Source: Thermoplasmata archaeon (GTDB taxonomy: Archaea; Thermoplasmatota; Thermoplasmata; Lutacidiplasmatales; UBA184). From it: DNA of 64,000 bases. The stretch lies in NCBI GenBank assembly GCA_027314165.1, contig DAHVCH010000001.1:108590-172589 (forward strand), in the 5' to 3' direction. Under the pieces are notes generated by a model. It saw nothing but the letters and a program-made list of their open reading frames with translations. It was not told the DNA's origin and ran no database searches. Within the stretch, counting starts at the first letter, position 1. Every line of letters starts with the position of its first letter. Below, in pieces: positions 36,708 to 45,959 of this stretch. Both the position numbers and the translations under genes were made by a program.

Positions 36708-39701
36708 GTGCCCTGGCGAGGAGAGACTTCCCCGCAACCCCGGCGCCGCCTTCCACTCCGCGTCCGGTCGATCCTCGCTTGCGCGGTCCTGATCCTCCTG
36801 CTGACCGTGCTTCAGGGGCAGTTGGGTGGGTGGGCCTCGGCGCGAGCTCCGGCCCTGTCCATGCCTCATGCGGGGCCCTCCGGTTCGGCCGGTGTCCCCT
36901 CCGCCTCTCATGCCGCCACCGTGGTGAGCCGACCTGCGACGGCCACGGGTTCTCCGACCAGCGGTGGGTTCATGGGGGCTCTCACCGGCTTCCTTTCCGC
37001 GATCTCGCACCGCCCCTCGGCGGGTCCTCCCCTTCCGAACATCACCGGGGGGAACATCACCGGGTTCTCGCTGGCGATGGTCGGGGTGGGGCTCACCGGC
37101 AATTCGGGATTGCAGTTCTCCTCGGCCATCGGGGAGATGCCCAGCGGTGCGAACTCCTCGACCTACCTCTTCTCGCTCCTCGGGGAGACGGTGAGCACCA
37201 ACTCCACGGCCTTCGTAGGGTACATCGAAGGGTCGCTCGGCGGGATCACGGGCGCGCTTCCGCTCTATCTCGTGCTCAACGGGACCACCCTCGGCGCCTG
37301 CGGGTTCGGAAGCTTCACCAGCGTCATGCTCCCGGGGCCGACCGTCCATCAGTTCTCGATGGTGCAGGACCACGGGTACTGGTGGAACTTCCTCTTGGAC
37401 GGCTCGATCATCTCCGGCGGCTCCGGCCTGGGGGGCACCGGGAGCTTCTGTGCCGGGTCCGGCAACGGCACGGTCGACCTGTATGCGTCGGCCACTGCGC
37501 TCCTGTTCATACCGCTGTACGCCTGGATCCTCTCCGCGAACGTTTCGGGGTTCGTCGGCTCCACCGTTCAGACCGTCTCGGAGTACCGGACCGGGACCAC
37601 GTGGACCCAGTCCATCTCGGGCATTGTGGTCACCGACACCTCCGTCGGGCTCGCGGGGTACGACCAGGACAGCACGATACCCCCGGACCAGGTCCAGGTG
37701 GGGCCCCCGCGCACGGTGCTGAACAGCACCACTGCCGTCTGGAGCACCGGACCGCTGCCTTCCTTGACGCTCGACGAGCAGGGCGTACCCTCGACCATGT
37801 ATGCTGGGCAGACGGTCGACCTCACGGCGTGGGTCAATGACAGCTCGACCAAGGTCGGAGTGGGTACGGCGACCCTCTCCCCGACGTCCAGCTCGGGCGG
37901 CAGCTTCCTGATGACCGGGTCCGGTCCGTCCGCGGGAGAGTTCCACCTTTCGTATGCGGCACCGCTCCCCGCGAAGCAGGACAATCTGACCCTTCTCGCC
38001 ACGGGTCCCGGGTACGTCGGGGTCCGGCACACCTACGTCCTCACGATCGCCCCCGTCCACCTGGTCTTCTCGGCCCATCCCCCGTCCGGGCCGCTCTTCT
38101 CCGGCGCCACCCGGAGCGTCCCCTTCACGATCAACGCCAGCTACGGCGTGCCGTTCTCCCCTGCCCAGGTGTCGGTCTCCGTCCGGGGCGGAGGCACCGC
38201 GACGGTGCTGTCCATTCCGGCGTCCTCGGTCGGGTCCTATGTCGTCGAGCTGACCGCGCCGATGTTCAACGAGCCCTCGATCTCCGCCGTGACCATCACG
38301 GGGTCGGGTCCTGGCGTGGTCACCCAGTCGACCACCTTCAGCGTGCGGATCGAGCCGCGACCCCTGGCGGTCCTCGGACCGACCGGAGGGTTGGTGTGGG
38401 CTGGGGCCCGACTGTCCTTCAACCTCTCCCTATCGACCCCGTCGGGCGCGCTTCCGAGCGTGACGTCCACCTGGTGGAACGCGACGGTCAGGAACGCGAG
38501 CGGGACCGACCTCCTGACAGTGGGTGGCGGGGCCTCGATCACCCCGCACGACGGATGGGCTTCCCTCCAGGTGGCACTTCCCGCACACTACGTGGGCCCG
38601 CTGTGGTTCTGGGTCAACGTCTCCGCTCCCGGGTTCAACCAGACCGTCTCCAGCTGGTGGGAGAACGCGACGGGCAACCTCTCGTTGGAGCTCCAGGGCC
38701 TTCCCGCCGTCATGTCCGGCGGCGACCATGCGACGCTGACCTTGCGAGTCCTGGGCCTCGGAGGCGTCCCGATCTATGGGGCACCGGTGGTGTGGTCCGC
38801 GAACTTCGGTGGGTTCGGTTCTGCCGACCTCCCGACCGTCACGGGATACACCGATGTGAACGGAGCGACGTCGGTCAGTTTTGTCGCCCCTAGCGTGGCC
38901 AACACGACCGACATCGATGTCTCCGCGGCCGTCCTATACCCCTACTACACGGCGGGTCACGCGGTGAGCTCGGGCACGGCCGCGCCCTCGGCAGGGGGCC
39001 AGCTCGGGAGCGGGATCGACAACGGGATGGCCATCATCGACCTCCTGCTGGCGCTTGTCGTGCTGGCGCTCATCCTGGCCATCTTCGCGGAGTCGCGAAG
39101 CCGCCACGAGCGCGAAGCCCGAAGTGCGGCAGCGACCGGGGCTGTCGCCATGCGGCCATGGGCCTCGTCCGATCCCAGCGAGGAGCTCGGGTCGGAAGGG
39201 AAGGCTCCGTGGCCCGGCGGGACCAGCGCGAAGTACGTGGAGGAGGAGCTTGGAGCGTCCGACCACCCTCCCGAGCCCGCCGCTCCCAAGGCCGACCCAT
39301 CCCCGAAGGGAGCGAACGGTTCTCCCGGACAGGAGCCTAAGGCGAGCACGAGCGCCCGATCGCCCGCCGAGACCTCGGAGGAGCTCGGGTCGGAGGGGAA
39401 CTTCCACGGGACCTCTGGAGACCCCGCGGGCGGGGACTCGGGGGACGCAGCTCCGGGAGGGTCCCCCGCGGTGGGCGGACCCTCGACCCAGTCCAGTTCC
39501 CCGTCCCCCACCCCCGAGGCTCCTTCGGCTCCATCGGCTTCTTCGGCGCAGTCCGCCGGCGGGGAGGAGAAGGTTCCGGTTTCCGAGGAACCCACGAGCG
39601 CGGAGTCCACGACCTCCGGGAAAGCGATGGCCGGGTCCTCCTCCTCGAAGCCGGTAAAGGCGAAGAGGACGCCCAAGACCCGCTCCGGCCCTTCGGATTA
39701 G
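36708..39701 (+). CDS. archaeal cell-surface glycoprotein (S-layer-like): signal peptide, Ser/Thr/Gly-rich ectodomain with many N-x-S/T sequons, C-terminal TM anchor and acidic tail
   Basis: An N-terminal RRR + hydrophobic stretch (SILACAVLILLLTVL) follows a GTG at 36708, and a TATA-like TTAATATCA at 36679-36687 is ~27 nt upstream (leaderless). There are more than 20 sequons (NITGGNITG, NSST, NGTT, NVSG, NLTL, NASY...). The C-terminal TM is IIDLLLALVVLALILAIF, followed by a charged S/E/P-rich tail. Confidence 0.65.
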   Translation: MPWRGETSPQPRRRLPLRVRSILACAVLILLLTVLQGQLGGWASARAPALSMPHAGPSGSAGVPSASHAATVVSRPATATGSPTSGGFMGALTGFLSAISHRPSAGPPLPNITGGNITGFSLAMVGVGLTGNSGLQFSSAIGEMPSGANSSTYLFSLLGETVSTNSTAFVGYIEGSLGGITGALPLYLVLNGTTLGACGFGSFTSVMLPGPTVHQFSMVQDHGYWWNFLLDGSIISGGSGLGGTGSFCAGSGNGTVDLYASATALLFIPLYAWILSANVSGFVGSTVQTVSEYRTGTTWTQSISGIVVTDTSVGLAGYDQDSTIPPDQVQVGPPRTVLNSTTAVWSTGPLPSLTLDEQGVPSTMYAGQTVDLTAWVNDSSTKVGVGTATLSPTSSSGGSFLMTGSGPSAGEFHLSYAAPLPAKQDNLTLLATGPGYVGVRHTYVLTIAPVHLVFSAHPPSGPLFSGATRSVPFTINASYGVPFSPAQVSVSVRGGGTATVLSIPASSVGSYVVELTAPMFNEPSISAVTITGSGPGVVTQSTTFSVRIEPRPLAVLGPTGGLVWAGARLSFNLSLSTPSGALPSVTSTWWNATVRNASGTDLLTVGGGASITPHDGWASLQVALPAHYVGPLWFWVNVSAPGFNQTVSSWWENATGNLSLELQGLPAVMSGGDHATLTLRVLGLGGVPIYGAPVVWSANFGGFGSADLPTVTGYTDVNGATSVSFVAPSVANTTDIDVSAAVLYPYYTAGHAVSSGTAAPSAGGQLGSGIDNGMAIIDLLLALVVLALILAIFAESRSRHEREARSAAATGAVAMRPWASSDPSEELGSEGKAPWPGGTSAKYVEEELGASDHPPEPAAPKADPSPKGANGSPGQEPKASTSARSPAETSEELGSEGNFHGTSGDPAGGDSGDAAPGGSPAVGGPSTQSSSPSPTPEAPSAPSASSAQSAGGEEKVPVSEEPTSAESTTSGKAMAGSSSSKPVKAKRTPKTRSGPSD

Positions 39702-39705
39702 CGCC

Positions 39706-40554
39706 TCAAGGGCACGGCGGCGACCACGCGCCGCGGTCGGTCCAGACCTGGCCGATCCAACGCCAAGGAGTCTCATCGAACAAGAGGGACCGCGTTCTCC
39801 CCCTCCGAGGGCGATAGGGCAGGACCCTCGAGGATGGTACCAGGGCGACGAAGTCGACCCCGCGACGGTGCGCCATGCGAGCCACGCGTCGCGTGCCGAC
39901 CTTGTGCACCAGGGTACCGTCCGCATAGAGCGTATCGGCGCCGACCAGGACCACAGCCGAGGGTCCGAGGGCCACTTCCAGGTCGTCGTCCTCGACCATG
40001 CGGGCGTTCAGACCGTGGGCCTTCAGTTCCCGGGCCATGTCGGCCCCTTCCCCACCCGGCAGGCTGCGGAGCACGACGACCTCCGTAGGTCGACGACGGC
40101 GCGGCAGTCGACGCAGGACCTCCGAGACCGTGCTAGAACGGCTGAGTGTGACCACGACCGCCCGGACGGGGAAGCGGCGTGCCGCGAAACGCACCAGCCT
40201 CCCGATCTCGCGTGAGAGCTCTCGTTCCTTTCTTGAGAGGAGGACGCGCAAGCCGCGTCGGGACGGCTCGGGCCCCGCTTCCTGAACCCAGGAACTGACC
40301 TCCTCCGCGAGCCGCACGAGCCCTCCCATCGAGGGTTGAGCGGCGCGCATGCCCCGGCACCACCGGAGGAGCCAGGCGACCTCGACCTCTCTCAACTTCG
40401 GGGGCCCCTCGCGAGCCAGGGGGCGGAGCGAAACGAGCGCCCTGCGCTGAAGCTCGGAGGCGCCATGCGTTCGGTCCGTGGCGAGGGTGTCCCAGGGCGC
40501 CGCGGCCCGCCGCGCGCGTCCGCGATGGCGGGTCCGGCTCCCGGATGCGCTCAC
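39706..40554 (-). CDS. eIF-2B alpha/beta/delta family protein (ribose-1,5-bisphosphate isomerase-like, e2b2)
   Basis: Has the family core GADTLYADGTLVHKVGT and an upstream Rossmann-like region VVVTLSRSSTVSEVL. It is 282 aa. Confidence 0.7.
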   Translation of the reverse strand: MSASGSRTRHRGRARRAAAPWDTLATDRTHGASELQRRALVSLRPLAREGPPKLREVEVAWLLRWCRGMRAAQPSMGGLVRLAEEVSSWVQEAGPEPSRRGLRVLLSRKERELSREIGRLVRFAARRFPVRAVVVTLSRSSTVSEVLRRLPRRRRPTEVVVLRSLPGGEGADMARELKAHGLNARMVEDDDLEVALGPSAVVLVGADTLYADGTLVHKVGTRRVARMAHRRGVDFVALVPSSRVLPYRPRRGRTRSLLFDETPWRWIGQVWTDRGAWSPPCP

Positions 40555-40994
40555 GCTCTGTCGCTCTCCTCACGAACCTTCAATTGCGTTCATGGCTCGA
40601 CGGGATGGGGCCCCGTGACCGGATCCAGCGCGCCCCGGCGGACGGCCTGGATCGTGGCTCCGCCCAGCCTCTGCACCTTGTGCAAGGGCCCGCTGACCTC
40701 CGAGGCGGAGACCAGCGCGTGGAACGGCCAGCCCGCGCATCGGGACTGCGTTCGCATCCATCTCCTGCAACGCGATCCGGCCTTCCGGGACTGGGGGGGC
40801 GAACCTCCTGCCGAAGATGCCCCGGATGAGGGCATGTCGGACCTCGGGAACCGGGAGGACGACGAGGATGGCCCGGAGTAGACATCGTCCTCTCCCGGAG
40901 CCGCGGAACGGGGCTCTCCGATAAGGGAGAACGCTCTTCGACGTAGGATATTTAAGGCACAACCGGTCCTGTACGGTTCAACGGAGGCTACGCC

Positions 40995-42593
40995 ATGCCG
41001 GAAGTGGTCATCACCTGCGATTGGACGATGATGAGCAACCACCACGGGAAGGAATTCCTGGGTTTTGGGACCACGACCCCGTCGTTCCTGCTGCCCGAGC
41101 GTGTGTTCAAGACCCTGTTCTTCCCGACCATGAAGTGCGACGAGGAGGGCCACCCGGAGCAGGCCCCCTACGGGATGCGGAAGGTCGAGGCCTCCCTCCT
41201 GGACGCCGGCATCGACGCCCGCATCATCCACCCGAGCTACCTGGAGCGGTACATGCCCGGGAAGGCGAAGGTGCTGATGATCAGCGGGCACGACTACCTC
41301 GGTCTGAACCCGCCGTCGACCACCTTCAGCGGGATCATGAAGGGCCGGCCCCCGCTTAACCGTGTGAATTTCATGCGGATGCTCCGGATGCCGCACGTCC
41401 TCGAGGCCCGACGCCAGGGGATGAAGCTCATCGCCGGGGGTCCGTGCGCCTGGCAGCTCTCCCCGGCGACGCAGGTCAAGGTGCCCTGGATCGGGGACTT
41501 CGTGAAGGAGATCGGGGGCGTCGACGCCATCGTGGAGGGCGAGGCCGACATCTTCGTGCGGGACATCGTGAAGATGGCCCTGAAGGGCGAGCCGCTGCCT
41601 CCGCACACGTTCCTCCCTCCCAAGGTCGCCCCGAAGATCGAGGAGATCTCCACGATCCGCTATCCGTCGGTCAACGGGCTCGTCGAGATCGGACGGGGAT
41701 GCTGTCGCGGGTGCACGTTCTGCTCGGTCACGACCCGCCCGACGCGCTGGTACCCCTACGAGAAGATCGAAGAGGAGCTCAAGATCAACGCCGCGATCGG
41801 GATCAAGAAGGGCCTTCTGCACTCCGACGACGTCTACTTCTACGGCTCCCCGAACATCATGCCGAAGGAGGAGAAGCTGGTCAAGCTCATGCAGCTGGCC
41901 AAGCGGTACTACTCCCACGTGGGCTGGAGCCATGTCGCCGTCGCCTCGCTCATGACCAAGCCTCGGCTGCTCCCGAAGCTCCGCGACGTCCTGCTCACCG
42001 GTGACCAGACCTGGTGGGGGGTCGAGATCGGCGTCGAGACGGGAAGCCCGCGGATGATCACCTCGACGATGCCGGGCAAGGTCGCCCCGTTCAAGGCGTC
42101 CCAGTGGCCCGAGCTCGTCGTGCAGGCGGCCGGGCTCATGAACGACAACTCGGTCTTCCCCGCCTGCACGTTCATCGTCGGACTGCCCCAGGAAACGGAG
42201 GACGACGTCATCAAGACCATCGACCTCATCGATGACCTCTGGGACTTCCGGGCCATCCTGGTCCCGATGTTCTTCGTGCCTCTGGGCCATCTGAACAAGA
42301 CGAACTGGTTCACCCGCGATCGCATCACCGCCCGCCAGAAGGAGCTCCTCACCCGCGCTCTGACCCACGGGCTCCGGCAGTCGACGAGCATGCTCCGGGA
42401 CTTTTTCGAGGAGAAGGACGCCTACCGCGGGGGATACATCGCCGCCTACCGGGGGTTCATCACCTTCCTGCTCGCCCTCGCGAAGATGAAGGGCCTCTAC
42501 AATCCCCCCAAAGCCTCCGAGGTCCCGGCGCTGGAGAGCCCGCTCAACCACCCCGAGCGCCTCCCGTTGCCCACGATCCCGGTCCGGGACTAG
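40995..42593 (+). CDS. radical SAM enzyme with N-terminal B12-binding-like/Rossmann domain (uncharacterised subfamily)
   Basis: Has the radical-SAM motif GRGCCRGCTFCSV (Cx3Cx2C) ~230 aa from the N-terminus. It is 532 aa. A TATA-like GATATTTAAGG lies at 40947-40957 and a GGAGG 6 nt before the ATG. Confidence 0.7.
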   Translation: MPEVVITCDWTMMSNHHGKEFLGFGTTTPSFLLPERVFKTLFFPTMKCDEEGHPEQAPYGMRKVEASLLDAGIDARIIHPSYLERYMPGKAKVLMISGHDYLGLNPPSTTFSGIMKGRPPLNRVNFMRMLRMPHVLEARRQGMKLIAGGPCAWQLSPATQVKVPWIGDFVKEIGGVDAIVEGEADIFVRDIVKMALKGEPLPPHTFLPPKVAPKIEEISTIRYPSVNGLVEIGRGCCRGCTFCSVTTRPTRWYPYEKIEEELKINAAIGIKKGLLHSDDVYFYGSPNIMPKEEKLVKLMQLAKRYYSHVGWSHVAVASLMTKPRLLPKLRDVLLTGDQTWWGVEIGVETGSPRMITSTMPGKVAPFKASQWPELVVQAAGLMNDNSVFPACTFIVGLPQETEDDVIKTIDLIDDLWDFRAILVPMFFVPLGHLNKTNWFTRDRITARQKELLTRALTHGLRQSTSMLRDFFEEKDAYRGGYIAAYRGFITFLLALAKMKGLYNPPKASEVPALESPLNHPERLPLPTIPVRD

Positions 42594-42626
42594 CGCGGGA
42601 GAAAAGGACCGTCGGGGGCCTTCTTC

Positions 42627-43994
42627 GTGGACCGAGAATCTTCTCCCTCCGTGCCGCACCCTGTCCGGTCGCTGCCACCCTCGGGGCTCCGTGCGCTGCG
42701 TTGCGTCCCCCTGAAGAACTTCCTCACGGCAGACCCCCAAGTACGGACGATCGACCGACCCGTCGACCTCCGCTTCGAGGTCGCGCGCGAGCTGCTGAGA
42801 CCCCCCGAGCCTCCGGTCTGGTTCCGGGGACAGAAAGAGGGCGGGCTGGTCGGGAACCTCTGGACGAGCCGGGACCGGGTCGCCCGGTACTTCGGGGTGG
42901 AGCCGCGGGCCCTTCCTGACCTCCTGCTGGAGGCCCTCGAGCACCCGATCCCTCCCGAGGTCGTCCCCGCCTCCCAGGCCACCTGGTCCGCGCGGGAGGG
43001 CCCCGCCGACCTGACGCACCTTCCGATCCCGTTCTTCTATCCCGAGGATGCCGGACCCTACCTGAGCGCGGCGGTCTTCTCGGCCGCGTGGAAAGGGAAG
43101 AGGAACCTCTCCTTCCACCGCATTTGGGCCCGGGGTCCGACCGGAGGGCCCGTGCGTCTCGTGCCGCGCCACCTGGACCGCATGGTCCGGGAGGCCCGAA
43201 AGGAGAACACCGAGCTCCCCGTCTCGATCGTCCTGGGCGGCCCCCTCGAGTTCCTGCTGGCGGCCGCGGTCTCCACGGACTACGCCACCGACGAGATGGA
43301 GATCGCCTCCGCCCTCTGCCGAAAGCGGCTCGGACGACCGCTCAGGGTGGTCGAACTGGACAACGGGACCCGCGTCCCCGCCGAGGCGGAGATCGTGTTC
43401 GAGGGACGGTTCACCCGGCAGGACGAGCAGGAAGGTCCCTTCCTCGACATCCTCGGCACCTACGACGCGGTGCGCGAGGGGCCGGTCCTCGAGCTCACCA
43501 AACGGCGCTCCGTGGAGGACCCGATACTACCGGTTATCGTCGGAGGCGCCCAGGAGCACTTCCTCCTCATGGGACTCCCCCGGGAGCCGATGATCCTGCG
43601 GGCCGTGCGCGCGGTCGTGCCCGGGACCAAGGCCGTCCGCCTGACCGAGGGGGGGGCCGCGTGGCTGCACGGTGTCGTCTCGATCGAGAAGCGCCGGGAC
43701 GGCGACGGGCGGAACGCCATCATGGCCGCCCTTTCCGGTCACGCCTCGATGAAGAGGGTCATCGTCGTGGACCACGACATCGACATCTTCGACGACCGGG
43801 AGGTCGAGTGGGCGCTCGCGACCCGGTTCCAGGCCGACAAGGGCCTGCTCACGGTCCCGCACGCCGTCGGCTCCTCGCTCGACCCGAGCGCGAGCACCGA
43901 CGGGCTCACGTGCAAGTGGGGTCTGGACGCGACACTCCCGATGAAGACCGACCGGCGGCCCTTCACGAAGGGCCGCCTGCCACCCCCCGACTGA
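42627..43994 (+). CDS. UbiD-family (prFMN-dependent) decarboxylase
   Basis: Has the UbiD-family motifs EQEGPFLDILGTY, the metal/prFMN-binding region, and the C-terminal RFQADKGLLTVPHAVGSSLDPSAS. It is ~430-455 aa and lies 34 nt downstream of the radical SAM gene on the same strand. Confidence 0.8.
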   Translation: MDRESSPSVPHPVRSLPPSGLRALRCVPLKNFLTADPQVRTIDRPVDLRFEVARELLRPPEPPVWFRGQKEGGLVGNLWTSRDRVARYFGVEPRALPDLLLEALEHPIPPEVVPASQATWSAREGPADLTHLPIPFFYPEDAGPYLSAAVFSAAWKGKRNLSFHRIWARGPTGGPVRLVPRHLDRMVREARKENTELPVSIVLGGPLEFLLAAAVSTDYATDEMEIASALCRKRLGRPLRVVELDNGTRVPAEAEIVFEGRFTRQDEQEGPFLDILGTYDAVREGPVLELTKRRSVEDPILPVIVGGAQEHFLLMGLPREPMILRAVRAVVPGTKAVRLTEGGAAWLHGVVSIEKRRDGDGRNAIMAALSGHASMKRVIVVDHDIDIFDDREVEWALATRFQADKGLLTVPHAVGSSLDPSASTDGLTCKWGLDATLPMKTDRRPFTKGRLPPPD

Positions 43995-44030
43995 CCGGTT
44001 GGCCAGCCGGGGGGGGGGCCGTCGTCCGAC

Positions 44031-44534
44031 CTACGCGCTCCCCTTGATCGGGTCTGCGGGCGGGGTCGAAGTGACCTCCGACCCGCAGAACTTGCACCGC
44101 GTGGCCTGGAGCGGGATCTCCGAGACGCAGTAGGGGCAGTTCCAGGTGGTGACCGGCGCCTTGGCCTTTTTCGCGTCTTGACGTTCTTTCATCGTAGCCA
44201 TAGGCTTGACGATGAGCAGGAACACGACTAACGCGATCATGACGAAGGACACGAGAGCATTGATGAAAGCGCCGATCGCGAAGTGGATCTGCTTGGGGGC
44301 GCCTGTGGCGTTGTGGCCGTAGGTCACGTTATCGTACCAAGCGCCGAAGTTCGCCGCCCCGGTCGCGGGGGCGATCATGGGGGTCACGATGTCGGCGACC
44401 ATGCCGTTCACGACGGCGCCGAACGCGAGACCGATGACGATACCGACGGCCATGTCGATAACGTTCCCCTTCATGATGAAGTCGCGGAACTCAGTGACGA
44501 GCTTGACTTTCGGGCGTTTGAACTTCTGCGGCAT
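44031..44534 (-). CDS. mscL: large-conductance mechanosensitive channel MscL with C-terminal zinc-ribbon extension
   Basis: The N-terminus EFRDFIMKGNVIDMAVGIVIGLAFGAVVNGMVADIVTPMI is canonical MscL (TM1). The C-terminus carries WNCPYCVSEIPLQATRCKFCGSEV (CxxC...CxxC). Confidence 0.8.
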   Translation of the reverse strand: MPQKFKRPKVKLVTEFRDFIMKGNVIDMAVGIVIGLAFGAVVNGMVADIVTPMIAPATGAANFGAWYDNVTYGHNATGAPKQIHFAIGAFINALVSFVMIALVVFLLIVKPMATMKERQDAKKAKAPVTTWNCPYCVSEIPLQATRCKFCGSEVTSTPPADPIKGSA

Positions 44535-44608
44535 AGGCAGACCTCAGTCGTCTGAAATCTTCTGCCTCAAATAATCATCGGGGTCGAGCCGGGTGGGCCG
44601 CCGGGCGC

Positions 44609-45094
44609 CTAAGACCCTGGACCGCGGTGCACGGGGCGGCGGGGGGTGCCGCGGGTGGAGGGGAGATCGTCCGGCCGTTCCCAGGCGTCCTCGATAACGC
44701 CCAGGCGGACCTCCTCCCCACGACCGTTGTAGGCCCTCCAGGACCCCTTGGTGAAGGGGTTGCCCAGGATCAGATGGCGGAGCCCCCAGTGATGGAAGAG
44801 CTGCAGGTCTGCATCCGAGGGGTGCAGGGCCCCCGAGGGGTGGGAATGCACCGTCCCGATGACCGTGAAGTCGGCCGGAAGCATCCAGAGCTGCAGGTTC
44901 GCGTGCTTGTGACCGGCGGTGGTCCCGGGGAGCAAGAGGAGCTCCGTGATGACCCCCGGCTCGTCCGACCGAAGCATGCCTCCGAACTCGTTGGGCAGCG
45001 CGGAGGCGCCGCAGGCGAGCGCGCTGTCCAGCACGCTGCGCCGGATCGAGTCCAGCGGCACCTTGGCGAGGGTTCCGGAGGTCCCCCGCTTCAT
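44609..45094 (-). CDS. JAMM/MPN+ metalloprotease (archaeal SAMP/ubiquitin-like deconjugase-type)
   Basis: Has the JAMM motif E...HSHPSGALHPSDADL (HxHx7Sx2D) with an upstream conserved Glu (PNEFGGML). The start is placed at the internal ATG (MKRG...). Confidence 0.7.
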   Translation of the reverse strand: MKRGTSGTLAKVPLDSIRRSVLDSALACGASALPNEFGGMLRSDEPGVITELLLLPGTTAGHKHANLQLWMLPADFTVIGTVHSHPSGALHPSDADLQLFHHWGLRHLILGNPFTKGSWRAYNGRGEEVRLGVIEDAWERPDDLPSTRGTPRRPVHRGPGS

Positions 45095-45098
45095 GCCC

Positions 45099-45959
45099 TT
45101 ACGTCTGGGGCGGAAGATCGGCACGGTTCCCCGTCAGCGACCAAGGGATGAGGGCCTTGGCCTGAAGCCGCTGGAAGAAGTGCGAGCTGAAGCGGATGAG
45201 CCGCGCTCGCCGTGCGGAGCGGTAGCAACGGACGTCGGTCCCCCGGGGTAGGCGCTCCTCGCGATGGCCGTCGACGACGACCACGGTCTCCCGGTCCTCT
45301 TCCACGGGGCGCACGGTGACCTCCCGGAGGGGGGAGACCACCAGAGGGCGGGAGAAGGAGGAGTACGGTGCGATGGCCGTGATGATGATCGCGTCCACGG
45401 AGGGGTCGACGATGGGGCCCCCGGTGCTGAGCGCGTAGGACGTCGAACCCGTCGGGGTGGCGAGGATCACGCCGTCCGCCCGGAGGCGTCCGAGCGGCTT
45501 CCCGTCGATCGCGATCTCGAAGGTCCGCATCCTCGCGACCTGTCCGGTGTGCACGACGACCTCGTTGACCGAGTCGGGGAGGTTGCGGTCGCCGACCCGC
45601 GTGGCGAGCTTCATCCGGTCCTCGCACATGTACGCGCCCCGGACCACGCGCTCGAGCGCACCGTCCAACGTGTCGTACTCCGGGTCGACCTCCGTCAGGA
45701 AGCCCACGGTGCCGGTGTTGATCCCGAGGACCGGGCACTCGGTCCGGTGGAGGACGTACAGGAGGCTGCCGTCGCCCCCGAGCGCCAGGAGGACGTCGAC
45801 CCGGAGCTCCTCGATGGGCTCCCCGGGGAGCCCCAGGGCGCTCGCGGTGTCGAGGGCCACGGTGAGCTCCACCCGGTCCTTCAGGCGGTCGTAGATGATC
45901 CTCGCGAAATTGAGCGCCCGTTCGTTGAACGGGTTCGCGGTGATGCCGACGGAGATCAC
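45099..45959 (-). CDS. ppnK: NAD+ kinase
   Basis: Has the GGDGT/S-type motif LALGGDGSLLYV and the NE/D short motif, with conserved C-terminal TPTGSTSYALS AGGP. It is 286 aa. Confidence 0.85.
   Translation of the reverse strand: MISVGITANPFNERALNFARIIYDRLKDRVELTVALDTASALGLPGEPIEELRVDVLLALGGDGSLLYVLHRTECPVLGINTGTVGFLTEVDPEYDTLDGALERVVRGAYMCEDRMKLATRVGDRNLPDSVNEVVVHTGQVARMRTFEIAIDGKPLGRLRADGVILATPTGSTSYALSTGGPIVDPSVDAIIITAIAPYSSFSRPLVVSPLREVTVRPVEEDRETVVVVDGHREERLPRGTDVRCYRSARRARLIRFSSHFFQRLQAKALIPWSLTGNRADLPPQT

Noticed and set aside
36477-38078. 533-aa - ORF antisense to the surface glycoprotein gene
   Set aside because: R/G/P-rich junk; the plus frame encodes a coherent signal-peptide + sequon-rich protein.
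40590-43172. 860-aa - ORF antisense to the radical SAM and UbiD genes
   Set aside because: Low-complexity antisense artefact across two confidently identified plus-strand genes.
44536-44566. Inverted repeat AGGCAGA...TCTGCCT spanning the mscL start codon
   Set aside because: Short (7 bp) with a 17-nt loop; such pairs are frequent by chance, and it is not distinguishable from a trivial 5'UTR hairpin without expression data.
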